A stretch of 64,000 bases of DNA from Planctomycetota bacterium. GTDB taxonomy: Bacteria > Planctomycetota > SZUA-567 > H5-PLA8. Shown one piece after another: positions 9,105 to 17,518 of the stretch. Location: positions 7,968 through 71,967 of the forward strand of contig JACQFI010000008.1 of assembly GCA_016200135.1 (NCBI GenBank), written 5' to 3'. How positions within the stretch are numbered: position 1 is the stretch's first letter; each line of letters starts with the position of its first letter. The notes under the pieces are model-generated. The model saw nothing but the letters and a program-made list of their open reading frames with translations, was not told where the DNA came from and made no database searches. A program made the position numbers and the translations under genes.

Positions 9105-9770
9105 TCAGGTCTCCTGAAGACCCCCTTCCTCCACGACGAAGTCATAGTCTTTGAAGTGGTCGCATGCGGGGGAGTAGAGGCCCAGGTATTTCAGCATGGT
9201 GCGGTAGTGCCAGGGGGTGTCGAAGTTGCGGCGGACGACCTTGCGGACGTCGAAGCGGTGCTCCTTACAGTAGCCTTCGAACTCGGCCCAGGTCGCGAAG
9301 TTCTTGAATTCGCCCTGCTGCGGCGGGTCGTCCTTGCCGGGCTTGGGCACCCACGCGCCGTCGCGGTAGCCGCGATTGTGGTCTGATGCAAAGCGTAAAA
9401 AAGATGCACGGTGTGCTTCGAGCACCGCGGGGGTGAGTTCGCGGTCGGCCGGATAGATGGTGCACGTGACCGGGTTGTAGACCCACGCAGCGATGATCTC
9501 GCGGGCCGCTTCGACTTCGATCTCGAAGACCGTCTGCCCGGTGACGGCGTAGACGGCGCGTTCCAGGCGCGAGGGGTTCTTGAAGCCCCAGCCCCACGCG
9601 CAGGACTTGCGCGACCAGCCGGCGGCGCGGCGGAGCTTGCGGAGCCGGTTCAGGAGGACTTCCACGGTGATATCAATGGGCAGGATCTTGTTGATGCCGC
9701 GTTCGGTCCGGTGGAAGGTCTGGTCGAGCAGCCGCCCAAAGATCTCGGCGCGGATGCGCTCGCGGAGCAC
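9105..9770 (-). CDS. Hypothetical protein, C-terminal segment of a gene interrupted by an in-frame TGA (see 9888-10550)
   Basis: Same frame as the upstream ORF. It begins with GTG and has no SD sequence. There is no in-frame ATG for about 200 codons, so independent initiation is unlikely. An AraC-like HTH segment ELARVLEIPESKFNGFLRETSGHSAREWW spans the junction. Confidence 0.45.
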   Translation of the reverse strand: MLRERIRAEIFGRLLDQTFHRTERGINKILPIDITVEVLLNRLRKLRRAAGWSRKSCAWGWGFKNPSRLERAVYAVTGQTVFEIEVEAAREIIAAWVYNPVTCTIYPADRELTPAVLEAHRASFLRFASDHNRGYRDGAWVPKPGKDDPPQQGEFKNFATWAEFEGYCKEHRFDVRKVVRRNFDTPWHYRTMLKYLGLYSPACDHFKDYDFVVEEGGLQET

Positions 9771-9887
9771 CTCGGCGCGGAGGATGTCCCACCATTCGCG
9801 GGCGCTGTGGCCGGAGGTCTCGCGCAGGAACCCGTTGAACTTGGATTCGGGGATTTCGAGAACGCGCGCGAGTTCACCCGCGGGCTC

Positions 9888-10550
9888 TCAGGCTTCGTCG
9901 CGCGCGGCGTCGGCGTCGTGGAGCAGGCCGAGGGGCCGCGCGGCGACGAGGCGTGCGAGCTTGCGCGGGCCGGCGCTGCCGCCGGCTTCAACGTAAGGAG
10001 AAGGCCGCGGATCGGCGGGCAGGGGAATATCTTCGCGGTCGGCGGCGGTCTTGTCGGGGCCGAAGATTTTGTCGAGATCGGCTTCGGGTGCGAAGCCGTC
10101 GCCGAGGCCGAGTTCGGCGCGGAACCAGAGCAGCGTGATGCAGAGGAGCCGCGAGAGGGACGCGCGGCGGCGCGCGAGGGACTGGCCTTCGGGGTCGAAG
10201 CCGGTGGCCATCAGCCAGAGGGGCCTGCGGAACTGGGACGGCGCGGGCTTGCGGCGGCGCAGGTCCGCGACGAGTTCGCGCATGCGGGCTTCCTCGATGG
10301 CGCGGGCGTCGAGCGGCGTGGAGACCGGGCCGTCCGAGGCGGGAAGGATGTGGGGATCGGGCAGGCCCGCAGCCTTGCGCGCGGCGGCCTGCTTGTCCAG
10401 CCAGAGGATGTAATCGTAATTTGGATCGGCGGAACGTTCGGACTCGGGGCGGTCGAGGAACGCCTGGTACTCCTGTTCCTCGGACATCTCAGACGGCACG
10501 GCGGGACCGGCGGCCCCCTCAGGGGCCGGGTTGCGAGTTTCCTCGGACAT
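9888..10550 (-). CDS. Hypothetical acidic protein, N-terminal segment; ends at the TGA at 9888-9890, in frame with ORF 9105-9770
   Basis: The ATG at 10548-10550 has a GAGG RBS. The C-terminus DADAARDEA is followed by TGA, then 39 further codons in the same frame lead into the downstream ORF. Confidence 0.45.
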   Translation of the reverse strand: MSEETRNPAPEGAAGPAVPSEMSEEQEYQAFLDRPESERSADPNYDYILWLDKQAAARKAAGLPDPHILPASDGPVSTPLDARAIEEARMRELVADLRRRKPAPSQFRRPLWLMATGFDPEGQSLARRRASLSRLLCITLLWFRAELGLGDGFAPEADLDKIFGPDKTAADREDIPLPADPRPSPYVEAGGSAGPRKLARLVAARPLGLLHDADAARDEA

Positions 10551-10741
10551 GACGGAAGGACCTCACGATACGGGCTGTGCGCGCGTGGTTTGGGGTTACC
10601 ATAGGAAATCACGCGCCCACTGAGGTTCTTCTACCCTATCGGAAGCCGAAGGGCAAGGGAAAAGATGGACGATTTTTATATATTATGTATATCGTGGACG
10701 AGCAAGGAATTGGGACGAGGGGCGAGGGATAGGGGACGAAG

Positions 10742-10768
10742 GATTGACGATTTACAATTTACGATTGG
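10742..10768. repeat. Copy of the low-GC dispersed motif GATTGACGATTTACAATT(T/G)ACGATTGG
   Basis: Nearly identical to 19742-19768; a degenerate copy lies at 16246-16271. Confidence 0.6.
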
Positions 10769-10970
10769 AACGGCATGGGACGGGGGTGGGTGGGGTTTTT
10801 TACCCAGGGTGGCGCGACGCATAGCGTCGCTTACCCTAGGCTATTCTCGTTTGGCCCTTTGGGCCAAGCGGAACGGCTATACGGCAAATCCGAAACTCGA
10901 AGTTCGAAATCCTAAACAACAATGGCCAACTAGAAAAGAATTCAACCCGACCATCGGTTGTCGCCCGCCG

Positions 10971-11840
10971 CTACTTGTGTCCGTGGCCGCCGCGGTTGCC
11001 GGGGTGGCCGGGGCCGGATCCGGCGCCGTCGTTCACGGGCGGGTTGCCGGGAGGCTGTGGGTCTTCGCCGTTGCCGACGCCGTTGTTGCCCTTCGGGCCG
11101 CCCTTGCGGCCGCGCGGGCCGCTGTCGTTGCCGTTCGAGCCGGAGTTGTCGCCGGAGTTGTCGCCGGAGCCGTTTCCGGAGCCGCCATCGTCACCGCCCT
11201 TGCGGCCCTTCGGCCCGCTGTCGTCACCGCCTCCGCCCATGCGGCCTTTGGGGCCGCCGTCGCCTCCGCCCTTGCGGCCCATCGTTCCGTCGTCGCCGTC
11301 CTCGTGATCGCAGCAGCAGTCCTTGCCACGAGGCGGCGGGCCTTTGGGCTTGTCAGGACCGCCGCGGAAGCGGTCGGACGGTCCCTTAAAGCCCTCGGGG
11401 CCTCCGGGCTTGGAGCGCGGCGGGCCCTTGGGGCCTTCCTTATCCGGATGTTCGCGGTTGCAGTCGCCGCCTTCGCCTTTGCGGCCGGGGCGGTCTTCGC
11501 CGTCGCCTTCGCCCTTGCGGTCCTGCGGGTCGTCGCCGTCACCGTCGATGCGGCGCTTCATGAATGCGAGCGCCTTGGACTTCTCCTCGTCGCTCAGGTT
11601 GCCATCGTGATTCGAATCGAAGCGGTCTAAAAGCCGGAGCAGTCCTTCTTGAAATGAATTGATGGGGCGGCCCGGTTGGTCCTTGCCGTCTTCCGGCGAC
11701 CGGCGGTCTCGCACCTCGCCGTCGTGCTTCTTGCCGCAGTTGTCGTCGCCGTTATCGCCGGAGCCCTTTTCTTGGGCCCAGAGCGGCCAGGCGAAGCAGG
11801 CGGCGGCAACCAGAGGCAGCATGCAGTGGCGGGTATTCAT
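10971..11840 (-). CDS. Secreted EF-hand calcium-binding protein with long Gly/Asp/Lys/Pro-rich low-complexity region
   Basis: Signal peptide MNTRHCMLPLVAAACFAWPLWAQ, an AAGGAG RBS, and a canonical EF loop DSNHDGNLSDEE. The opposite-strand ORF 10665-11630 is its shadow. Confidence 0.55.
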   Translation of the reverse strand: MNTRHCMLPLVAAACFAWPLWAQEKGSGDNGDDNCGKKHDGEVRDRRSPEDGKDQPGRPINSFQEGLLRLLDRFDSNHDGNLSDEEKSKALAFMKRRIDGDGDDPQDRKGEGDGEDRPGRKGEGGDCNREHPDKEGPKGPPRSKPGGPEGFKGPSDRFRGGPDKPKGPPPRGKDCCCDHEDGDDGTMGRKGGGDGGPKGRMGGGGDDSGPKGRKGGDDGGSGNGSGDNSGDNSGSNGNDSGPRGRKGGPKGNNGVGNGEDPQPPGNPPVNDGAGSGPGHPGNRGGHGHK

Positions 11841-12113
11841 GTAGAACTCCTTCGCGTAAGTTCCTCTAGAGATAAAAGACGATACACGATGTGAAGATGC
11901 TGCGAACTTGGGAGTTAAAACGATATTGCACTGGTGCGTAAGGGGCGGCCACCCATTTGGGTTCGCGAATTTCGATTGGAACGTCACCGTGCGTTGAGCG
12001 CAGAGCCGCGAGCCAAGAGTCGTCGGTTAATCCCGCTGGACAGGCCGCGCGAATTTTCTTATACGTTACGGGACTAAAGGTTGCGCCGATCCGAAGCTGC
12101 CGCGGGAACCGCC

Positions 12114-13040
12114 ATGTCCGACGCCGATATCAATAAGCCTCCGGGCCCTGAGATCCTGGCGCCGCAGCAGGGCGCGCCCGGCGCGATCGCGCCTTCTTCG
12201 CAGCCCGATGTCGTCGCAACCTCCAAAGTTCCCGAGTCGCCGCCCAGCGTTCCCGCCGAGGCTGCGCTGCCCATGCCGACGGTCTCGGCTTCGGCCGCGG
12301 CGCGGCAGGTCGTGGTGCGCGCGCAGAACGTCAAGAAGATCTACCGCATGGGCCACGAAGAGGTCCACGCGCTGCGCGGCGTCGATATGGAGATCTTCTC
12401 CGGCGAGTATCTCTCGATCATGGGACCTTCCGGCTCGGGCAAATCGACCTTTTTCAACATGATCGGCGGGCTCGACAAGCCGACCTCGGGCAAGGTCTTC
12501 ATCGACGAGGTGGACATCGCGGCGCTGGACGCGTACGAACTGGCCTGGCTGCGCTGCCGCAAGATCGGCTACATCTTCCAGTCGTTCAACATCATCCCGG
12601 TGATGACGGCGCTCGAGAACGTCACGCTGCCGATGGTCTTCGCGGGCTTAAGTTCCGACGAGGCGCGCGACAAGGGCGTGGCGCTGCTCAAGCTGGTGGG
12701 CCTGGGCGAGCGCGTGAACCACAAGCCGTACGAACTCTCCGGCGGGCAGCAGCAGCGCGTGGCGATCGCGCGCTCCATGGCCAACGATCCGGCGATCATC
12801 CTGGCCGACGAGCCCACCGGCAACCTGGACCTGAAGACCGGCGCCGAGATCATCGACCTGCTGACGCGCCTTAAAGAGGAGCGCGGCGTCACCATCATTT
12901 CCGCGACGCACGACCATAAGATGCTCAAGAAGTCCGACCGCATCGTGTGGGTGCGCGACGGGCGCATCGACAAGATCGAACTGCGCGAGAACCTGAACAT
13001 CCAGGAAGGCACCATCGGCGGCGAAGCCGGGAGCGCATAG
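12114..13040 (+). CDS. ABC transporter ATP-binding protein (MacB/LolD/FtsE-type NBD)
   Basis: Walker A GPSGSGKST, Q-loop, signature LSGGQQQRVAIAR, Walker B ILADEP and H-loop ATHD. Confidence 0.85.
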   Translation: MSDADINKPPGPEILAPQQGAPGAIAPSSQPDVVATSKVPESPPSVPAEAALPMPTVSASAAARQVVVRAQNVKKIYRMGHEEVHALRGVDMEIFSGEYLSIMGPSGSGKSTFFNMIGGLDKPTSGKVFIDEVDIAALDAYELAWLRCRKIGYIFQSFNIIPVMTALENVTLPMVFAGLSSDEARDKGVALLKLVGLGERVNHKPYELSGGQQQRVAIARSMANDPAIILADEPTGNLDLKTGAEIIDLLTRLKEERGVTIISATHDHKMLKKSDRIVWVRDGRIDKIELRENLNIQEGTIGGEAGSA

Positions 13041-13820
13041 GTGAGCGAGACCCAGGTCATCAAATCGGTGCCGCCGCCCGCGAAGGCGAAGGAAGTCGTC
13101 GTCAAGACGCTCGGCGTCAAAAAGATTTACCGCATGGGCGACGAGGAAGTCCACGCGCTGCGCGGCGTGGACATGGAGATCTACAAGGGCGAGTACCTCT
13201 CGATCATGGGCCCGTCGGGCTCGGGCAAATCGACGCTCTTCAACATGGTCGGCGGGCTCGACAAGCCCAGCGAAGGCAAGGTCTTCATCAGCGGCAACGA
13301 CGTCTCGCAGCTCGACAGCCAGCAGCTTGCCTGGCTGCGCTGCCACAAGATCGGCTACATCTTTCAGACCTACAACATTCTCGAAGTGATGACGGCGCTG
13401 GAAAATGTGATCCTGCCGATGGTCTTCGCGGGCATCAAGACCAAGGATGCCGAAGAGAAGGGCCACGCGCTGCTCAAGATGGTGGGTCTGGAAGGCCGCG
13501 CCGGGCACCGGCCGGTGGAACTCTCCGGCGGCCAGCAGCAGCGCGTGGCGATCGCGCGCGCGCTGGCCAATGGGCCGGACATCATCCTCGCGGACGAACC
13601 CACCGCGAACCTCGACACCAAGACCGGCGGCGAGATCATCGACCTGATGGAGAAGCTCAAGTACGAGCGCGAGGTCACGGTGATCTCCGCGACGCACGAC
13701 CACAAGATGCTCAAGAAGTCCGACCGCATCGTCTGGATCCGCGACGGCCGCATCGACCGCATCGAGCTTGCCGAGAACCTCAACATTCAGGAAGGCAGCA
13801 TCGGCGGGGATGCGCACTAG
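13041..13820 (+). CDS. ABC transporter ATP-binding protein, tandem paralogue of 12114-13040
   Basis: Same motifs as the upstream NBD gene; the two proteins are closely similar across the NBD. It starts with GTG 3 nt after the upstream stop codon. Confidence 0.85.
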   Translation: MSETQVIKSVPPPAKAKEVVVKTLGVKKIYRMGDEEVHALRGVDMEIYKGEYLSIMGPSGSGKSTLFNMVGGLDKPSEGKVFISGNDVSQLDSQQLAWLRCHKIGYIFQTYNILEVMTALENVILPMVFAGIKTKDAEEKGHALLKMVGLEGRAGHRPVELSGGQQQRVAIARALANGPDIILADEPTANLDTKTGGEIIDLMEKLKYEREVTVISATHDHKMLKKSDRIVWIRDGRIDRIELAENLNIQEGSIGGDAH

Positions 13821-13918
13821 GGAGGATTCAGGATAAAGGATTCAGGATTTAGGGCACGGAACGCATGAGCGCGAAAGCGGTTCCCTGAATCCTGAACCCT
13901 GTTCCCTGTCCCCTCGCC

Positions 13919-15304
13919 ATGAGCCTCCGCCTTGCTTTAATCGTGGCCTTGCTCGCCGGCGCCGGCGGCTGCGCGTGGCTGGCCTACGACCTCGACCGGC
14001 GTCTGGCCGAGGCCGCCCTGGTTCCGGCCGAAGATCCCGGCGCGGACGCCGCGCACGCGCTCCTCAAACTGGGCACGCCGTATCTCTCGGTGCTCGGCTC
14101 CGCCGCGGTCCTGAATCTCGCGGCGCTGCTCCTGCTGGGATTCTCCTACCGCGAAGAGCGCTCCCTGGCGTTGCTGCGCGCAGGCCATCAGGGCAGCGCG
14201 CGTTACTCGCGCGGTAACCCTAAGCCGGCCGTAGCCGGACCCGCGCCCGATCCCGGCGGAGATGTCCCGGAGACGAGTCCGCCCGCAGCCGAGACCCCCG
14301 TCAACTGGTCCGGCGGTTCGATCGTGCCGTGGAAGCGCGAGCACGCCGCCGCGTTTCGCGAGCTGTGGAACCGCGTCTGCGCGGAGATCCCGCAGGCCGC
14401 GCCCAAAGAGGAGGCGCAGTTCGAGAAGTTCCTGCGCTCGGCGGAGTTCGATGCCGAATCGAGCGCGGTCGCGGTCGCGGCGGATGGTTCCCTGGCCGGC
14501 GCGGCGTTGGCGCTGCGGCAGCCGGCGTTCGAGGACGACGGGTACTGGTGGCTCGAATCGCCGGCGGTGGTCGCGGCGCTATTGGTCGATCCGCCGAAGC
14601 GCCGCAAGGGCGCGGGCCGCGCGCTGATGCAGTGGGTCGAGGCCGCCGCGCGGCGCCGGCAGCGCCCGCGGGTCTTCGTGGGGGGCGTCGAGAACTTCCC
14701 GCACCTGGTCGCCGGCGTGCCCGAGCACGACCACGCGCTGCGGGTCTTCTTCAGCTCGCTCGGCTACGTGGAGGTGCGGCGCACGTGCCACATGGAAGCC
14801 GAGTACGCCGGGTTCACGCCGCCGCCGGAACTGGTCGAGCGCGAGGAGCGGCTTAAGCAGAAGGGCTTCAGCTTTGCCGCCGCCCGGAAGGAAGACGTGC
14901 CCGCATTTCAGGTCTTTCTCGAACAGGCGAAGCTCGACCGGCCGCAGCGCCGGCTGGAAAAGTTCACCGGCGAACCCGAGCGCTTCTTTCTGGCGTGGCA
15001 CGAAGGCCGCGTCGTCGGGTTCATCCACGTGACCTCCATGGACGAGCGCGGACGCTCCGGCATCCACCTGATTTACTTCCTCAAGGAATTCCGCGGCGCG
15101 GGGCTGGGCAGCGTGCTGCTGATCAAGGCGCACGAACTCTGGAAGACCATGGGCGCGGCAGGCGGCACCATCTGGACGTATCCCGAAGCCGCCGTACGCT
15201 TCTATCCTAGGGCCGGCTTCCGGACCGTGCAGGAATGGATCTGTTACGGGAAGGACCTGGACCACGCCTGGACCGAGTCCGCGTTTGTGAATCGCTGGCG
15301 GTGA
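13919..15304 (+). CDS. Membrane-anchored protein with two GNAT (N-acetyltransferase)-like domains
   Basis: N-terminal TM helices are followed by two GNAT acetyl-CoA-binding segments, VVAALLVDPPKRRKGAGRALMQWV and IHLIYFLKEFRGAGLGSVLL. Confidence 0.5.
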   Translation: MSLRLALIVALLAGAGGCAWLAYDLDRRLAEAALVPAEDPGADAAHALLKLGTPYLSVLGSAAVLNLAALLLLGFSYREERSLALLRAGHQGSARYSRGNPKPAVAGPAPDPGGDVPETSPPAAETPVNWSGGSIVPWKREHAAAFRELWNRVCAEIPQAAPKEEAQFEKFLRSAEFDAESSAVAVAADGSLAGAALALRQPAFEDDGYWWLESPAVVAALLVDPPKRRKGAGRALMQWVEAAARRRQRPRVFVGGVENFPHLVAGVPEHDHALRVFFSSLGYVEVRRTCHMEAEYAGFTPPPELVEREERLKQKGFSFAAARKEDVPAFQVFLEQAKLDRPQRRLEKFTGEPERFFLAWHEGRVVGFIHVTSMDERGRSGIHLIYFLKEFRGAGLGSVLLIKAHELWKTMGAAGGTIWTYPEAAVRFYPRAGFRTVQEWICYGKDLDHAWTESAFVNRWR

Positions 15305-15308
15305 TTTC

Positions 15309-15401
15309 TTCTCACCGCAGAGTACGCGGAGGACGCAGAGAACAGCCTTAAATATCTATACATGCTTTTCTCTGCGTGCTCTGCGATCTCTGCGGTGAGA
15401 T
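15309..15401. promoter_or_regulatory. 14-bp inverted repeat (TTCTCACCGCAGAG / CTCTGCGGTGAGAT) enclosing three CTCTGCG direct repeats spaced about one helical turn apart
   Basis: Read from the sequence. The element is intergenic, immediately upstream of the AAC(3)-like gene. It is a possible operator or attenuator. Confidence 0.4.
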
Positions 15402-15419
15402 AAGTTGGCATTGTGAGAG

Positions 15420-16241
15420 GTGCCCATGGCCGATAACGCTTCTCAAGAGACGCCGACCGTACGCACCGGCGATATTCTCGCGGGGCTGCGGCAGCTTGGC
15501 CTGAAGGCCGGGGACCTCGCGCAGTTCCATTCGAGCCTGAAGAGTTTCGGGAAGGTGGAGGGCGGGGCGGAGGCGGTGATCGACGCGTGCCTGGCGGCGG
15601 TCGCGCCCGGCGGCACGGTGCTGATGCCGACCTTCAACCACGGGCAGCGCGCGGCTTTCAGTGACGACCGCTGCGTCTTCGATCTGCACACGACCAAATC
15701 GGTGAACGGCGCGATCACCGAAGCCTTCCGGCACCGGCCGGGCGTGAAGCGCAGCCTGCATCCGTCGCATCCGTACGCGGCGTTCGGGCCGCTGGCCGAT
15801 TGGCTCACGCGGGAACATCTCGAGCTGGACTGCTTCGACGCGCGCTGCCCTCTGGGCAAACTCTGCGCCATGAACGGCTGGATCGTGATGCTCGGCTGCG
15901 GCATGAACGCCACCACCGCGGCGCACGTCGCCCAGACGATCTACGGCGTGCCGTGCATCGGGCAGCGCCAGAACCCCTGGCCGCTGCGCATGCCGGACAC
16001 GGGCGAGCTCGTCACCGCGCAGACCGTCGTCTGGCGCGACGGGAAGTGCCCGTTCGAGTTCGCCAAGATCGAGCAGCGCCTGAAGGACCGCGGGCAGATG
16101 CGCGAGACGCGCGTCGGCGGCGCGCTACTGCAGGCGTTCCGCGGCGCCGACGTGATCGCCGTAGGCGTGGAACTCTGCCACGAGCACTGTCCCACCTGCC
16201 CGGTGCGCCCGCAGAAAGTGAAGGGCGCGGCGGCGCTGTAG
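15420..16241 (+). CDS. Aminoglycoside N3-acetyltransferase (AAC(3)) family protein
   Basis: Family-typical segments include GDLAQFHSSLKSFG, GGAEAVIDACLAAVAPGGTVLMPTF and HPSHPYAAFG. Confidence 0.6.
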   Translation: MPMADNASQETPTVRTGDILAGLRQLGLKAGDLAQFHSSLKSFGKVEGGAEAVIDACLAAVAPGGTVLMPTFNHGQRAAFSDDRCVFDLHTTKSVNGAITEAFRHRPGVKRSLHPSHPYAAFGPLADWLTREHLELDCFDARCPLGKLCAMNGWIVMLGCGMNATTAAHVAQTIYGVPCIGQRQNPWPLRMPDTGELVTAQTVVWRDGKCPFEFAKIEQRLKDRGQMRETRVGGALLQAFRGADVIAVGVELCHEHCPTCPVRPQKVKGAAAL

Positions 16242-16245
16242 GGTG

Positions 16246-16304
16246 GATTGACCATTTACAACGTACGATGGGCCGCCAAGACGCCGAGAGCGCCAAGAAC
16301 GGAT
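16246..16304. repeat. Composite small intergenic repeat: degenerate GATTGAC..ACGATGG motif plus CCGCCAAGACGCCGAGAGCGCCAAGAACGGA motif
   Basis: The CCGCCAAG...AAGAACG motif recurs at 18407-18435 and 49156-49185. Confidence 0.6.
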
Positions 16305-16712
16305 GCTATAGAAGGATGAAGCATGGCGTCGCGCCGCGACGCCTGGGTTGGGGGATGGCTGTTTTCCGTGGGTTGAACCTTGGCGTTACCATGTCTCCGG
16401 CCCGGAGGGCCGGCTGGAAATTAGCCGGTGGCCCGCGAAGCGGAGCCACCGGAAAGCGAAGCCCAATAAGGTTGCGCCCTGGAAGGGCGCGGGAGTCTCC
16501 AGCGACCCTGCCGGGTCGCTCCGCCGTTGTACGGAGCTTACCGGTGGCCGCGGCCCGCGTTCATCGGGCCGTGCCACCGGCTAAGCTCCTCCCGCCCCTG
16601 CCGGGGCGGACGGCCACAAAGCCAAAGGCCGGACGGCGCGGCTTTTATTGCTCTTTTCTCTTTGCTCCACGCTTTCTCTTCGCTCCACGCTCAACTCTTT
16701 GCGGTTTTTCGC

Positions 16713-16729
16713 TTGACTTGTCATGACAA
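16713..16729 (+). promoter_or_regulatory. Putative -35 box (TTGACT) overlapping a perfect 12-bp GntR-type palindromic operator TTGTCATGACAA
   Basis: The palindrome lies 10-20 bp upstream of the GntR gene start. The established GntR/HutC operator consensus is GT-N-AC based. Confidence 0.55.
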
Positions 16730-16747
16730 GTAGACAAGATGACAGGC

Positions 16748-17518
16748 ATGGCGCTCGACGCGAACAGCCCCGTACCGCTGTACCACCAGCTTGGCGAGGT
16801 CCTCCGCGGGCAGATGGAGGCCGAACGCTGGACGCCGGGGCGCAAACTGCCTTCCGAACACGAGCTTTGCCAGGCCTACGGCGTCACGCGGCCCACCGTG
16901 CGGCAGGCGCTGGAATGTCTTTTGCGCGAGGGGCTCGTCACCAAGCGCCGGGGGCTCGGGACGTTCGTCGCGCCGCCCAAAGCGCCCGTGGGCCTCTTCG
17001 CGCTCGCCGGCACCACCGAAGCCTTCGCGCGGCAGCGCTTGAAACTCAAGACGCGCGTCCTGCGGCTGGAGGTCGTCAACGGCTGCCCGCTGGCCGAGGA
17101 AGCCGCGCCGCGGCGCTGGGTGCGCATCGAACGGCTGCGGCAGGTGAACGGCAAGGCCGCGCTGTTTGAGCGGACCTGGATTCTGGCCGAGGCCGTGCCC
17201 GGCATGGAGAAGATGAACCTCACCGACCGTTCGCTCTACGCGACGTTGCGCAGCCGCTTTGGCCTGGAGGTCGAAGCCGGCGCGCAACGCTTCATGGCCG
17301 TTGCCGCGGAGCCACGCATTGCGCGCGCGCTGGGCGTGAAGAACGGCGCGCCCGTGCTGCGCGTGGTCCGGCGCCTGGACCTGACCGGCCGCCGCGGGGC
17401 CTTTCGCGTGGAACTCTTCGCCGCCGACGGCCCGTTTGTGCTCGAAGAACGCATCCCCGGCCGCGGCGCGAGCAAAGAGTTCGCCGCCGCCGAGCCCTAC
17501 CAGGAGGAGAGCGCATGA
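16748..17518 (+). CDS. GntR-family (HutC subfamily, UTRA effector domain) transcriptional regulator
   Basis: The N-terminal wHTH reads LPSEHELCQAYGVTRPTVRQALECLLREGLV. A UTRA-like C-terminal domain follows. Confidence 0.8.
   Translation: MALDANSPVPLYHQLGEVLRGQMEAERWTPGRKLPSEHELCQAYGVTRPTVRQALECLLREGLVTKRRGLGTFVAPPKAPVGLFALAGTTEAFARQRLKLKTRVLRLEVVNGCPLAEEAAPRRWVRIERLRQVNGKAALFERTWILAEAVPGMEKMNLTDRSLYATLRSRFGLEVEAGAQRFMAVAAEPRIARALGVKNGAPVLRVVRRLDLTGRRGAFRVELFAADGPFVLEERIPGRGASKEFAAAEPYQEESA

Noticed and set aside
9888-9890. Genome-wide reassignment of TGA as a sense codon.
   Set aside because: Many confidently called genes here (GH4, spoVR, prkA neighbours and others) terminate with TGA followed by terminator structures. 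TGA is therefore a normal stop in this organism, and the 9888 case is local.
10665-11630. 321 aa plus-strand ORF rich in Ala and Val.
   Set aside because: It is the mirror of the minus-strand EF-hand gene, which has a signal peptide, a canonical EF loop and an RBS. The plus-strand translation is low-complexity hydrophobic noise.
12114-13820. ABC ATPases as SMC-like/Septu/Gabija-type defence ATPases.
   Set aside because: Both carry the complete transporter NBD motif set (Q-loop, LSGGQQQRVAIAR signature, H-loop) of the MacB/LolD type. No nuclease or effector partner is present.
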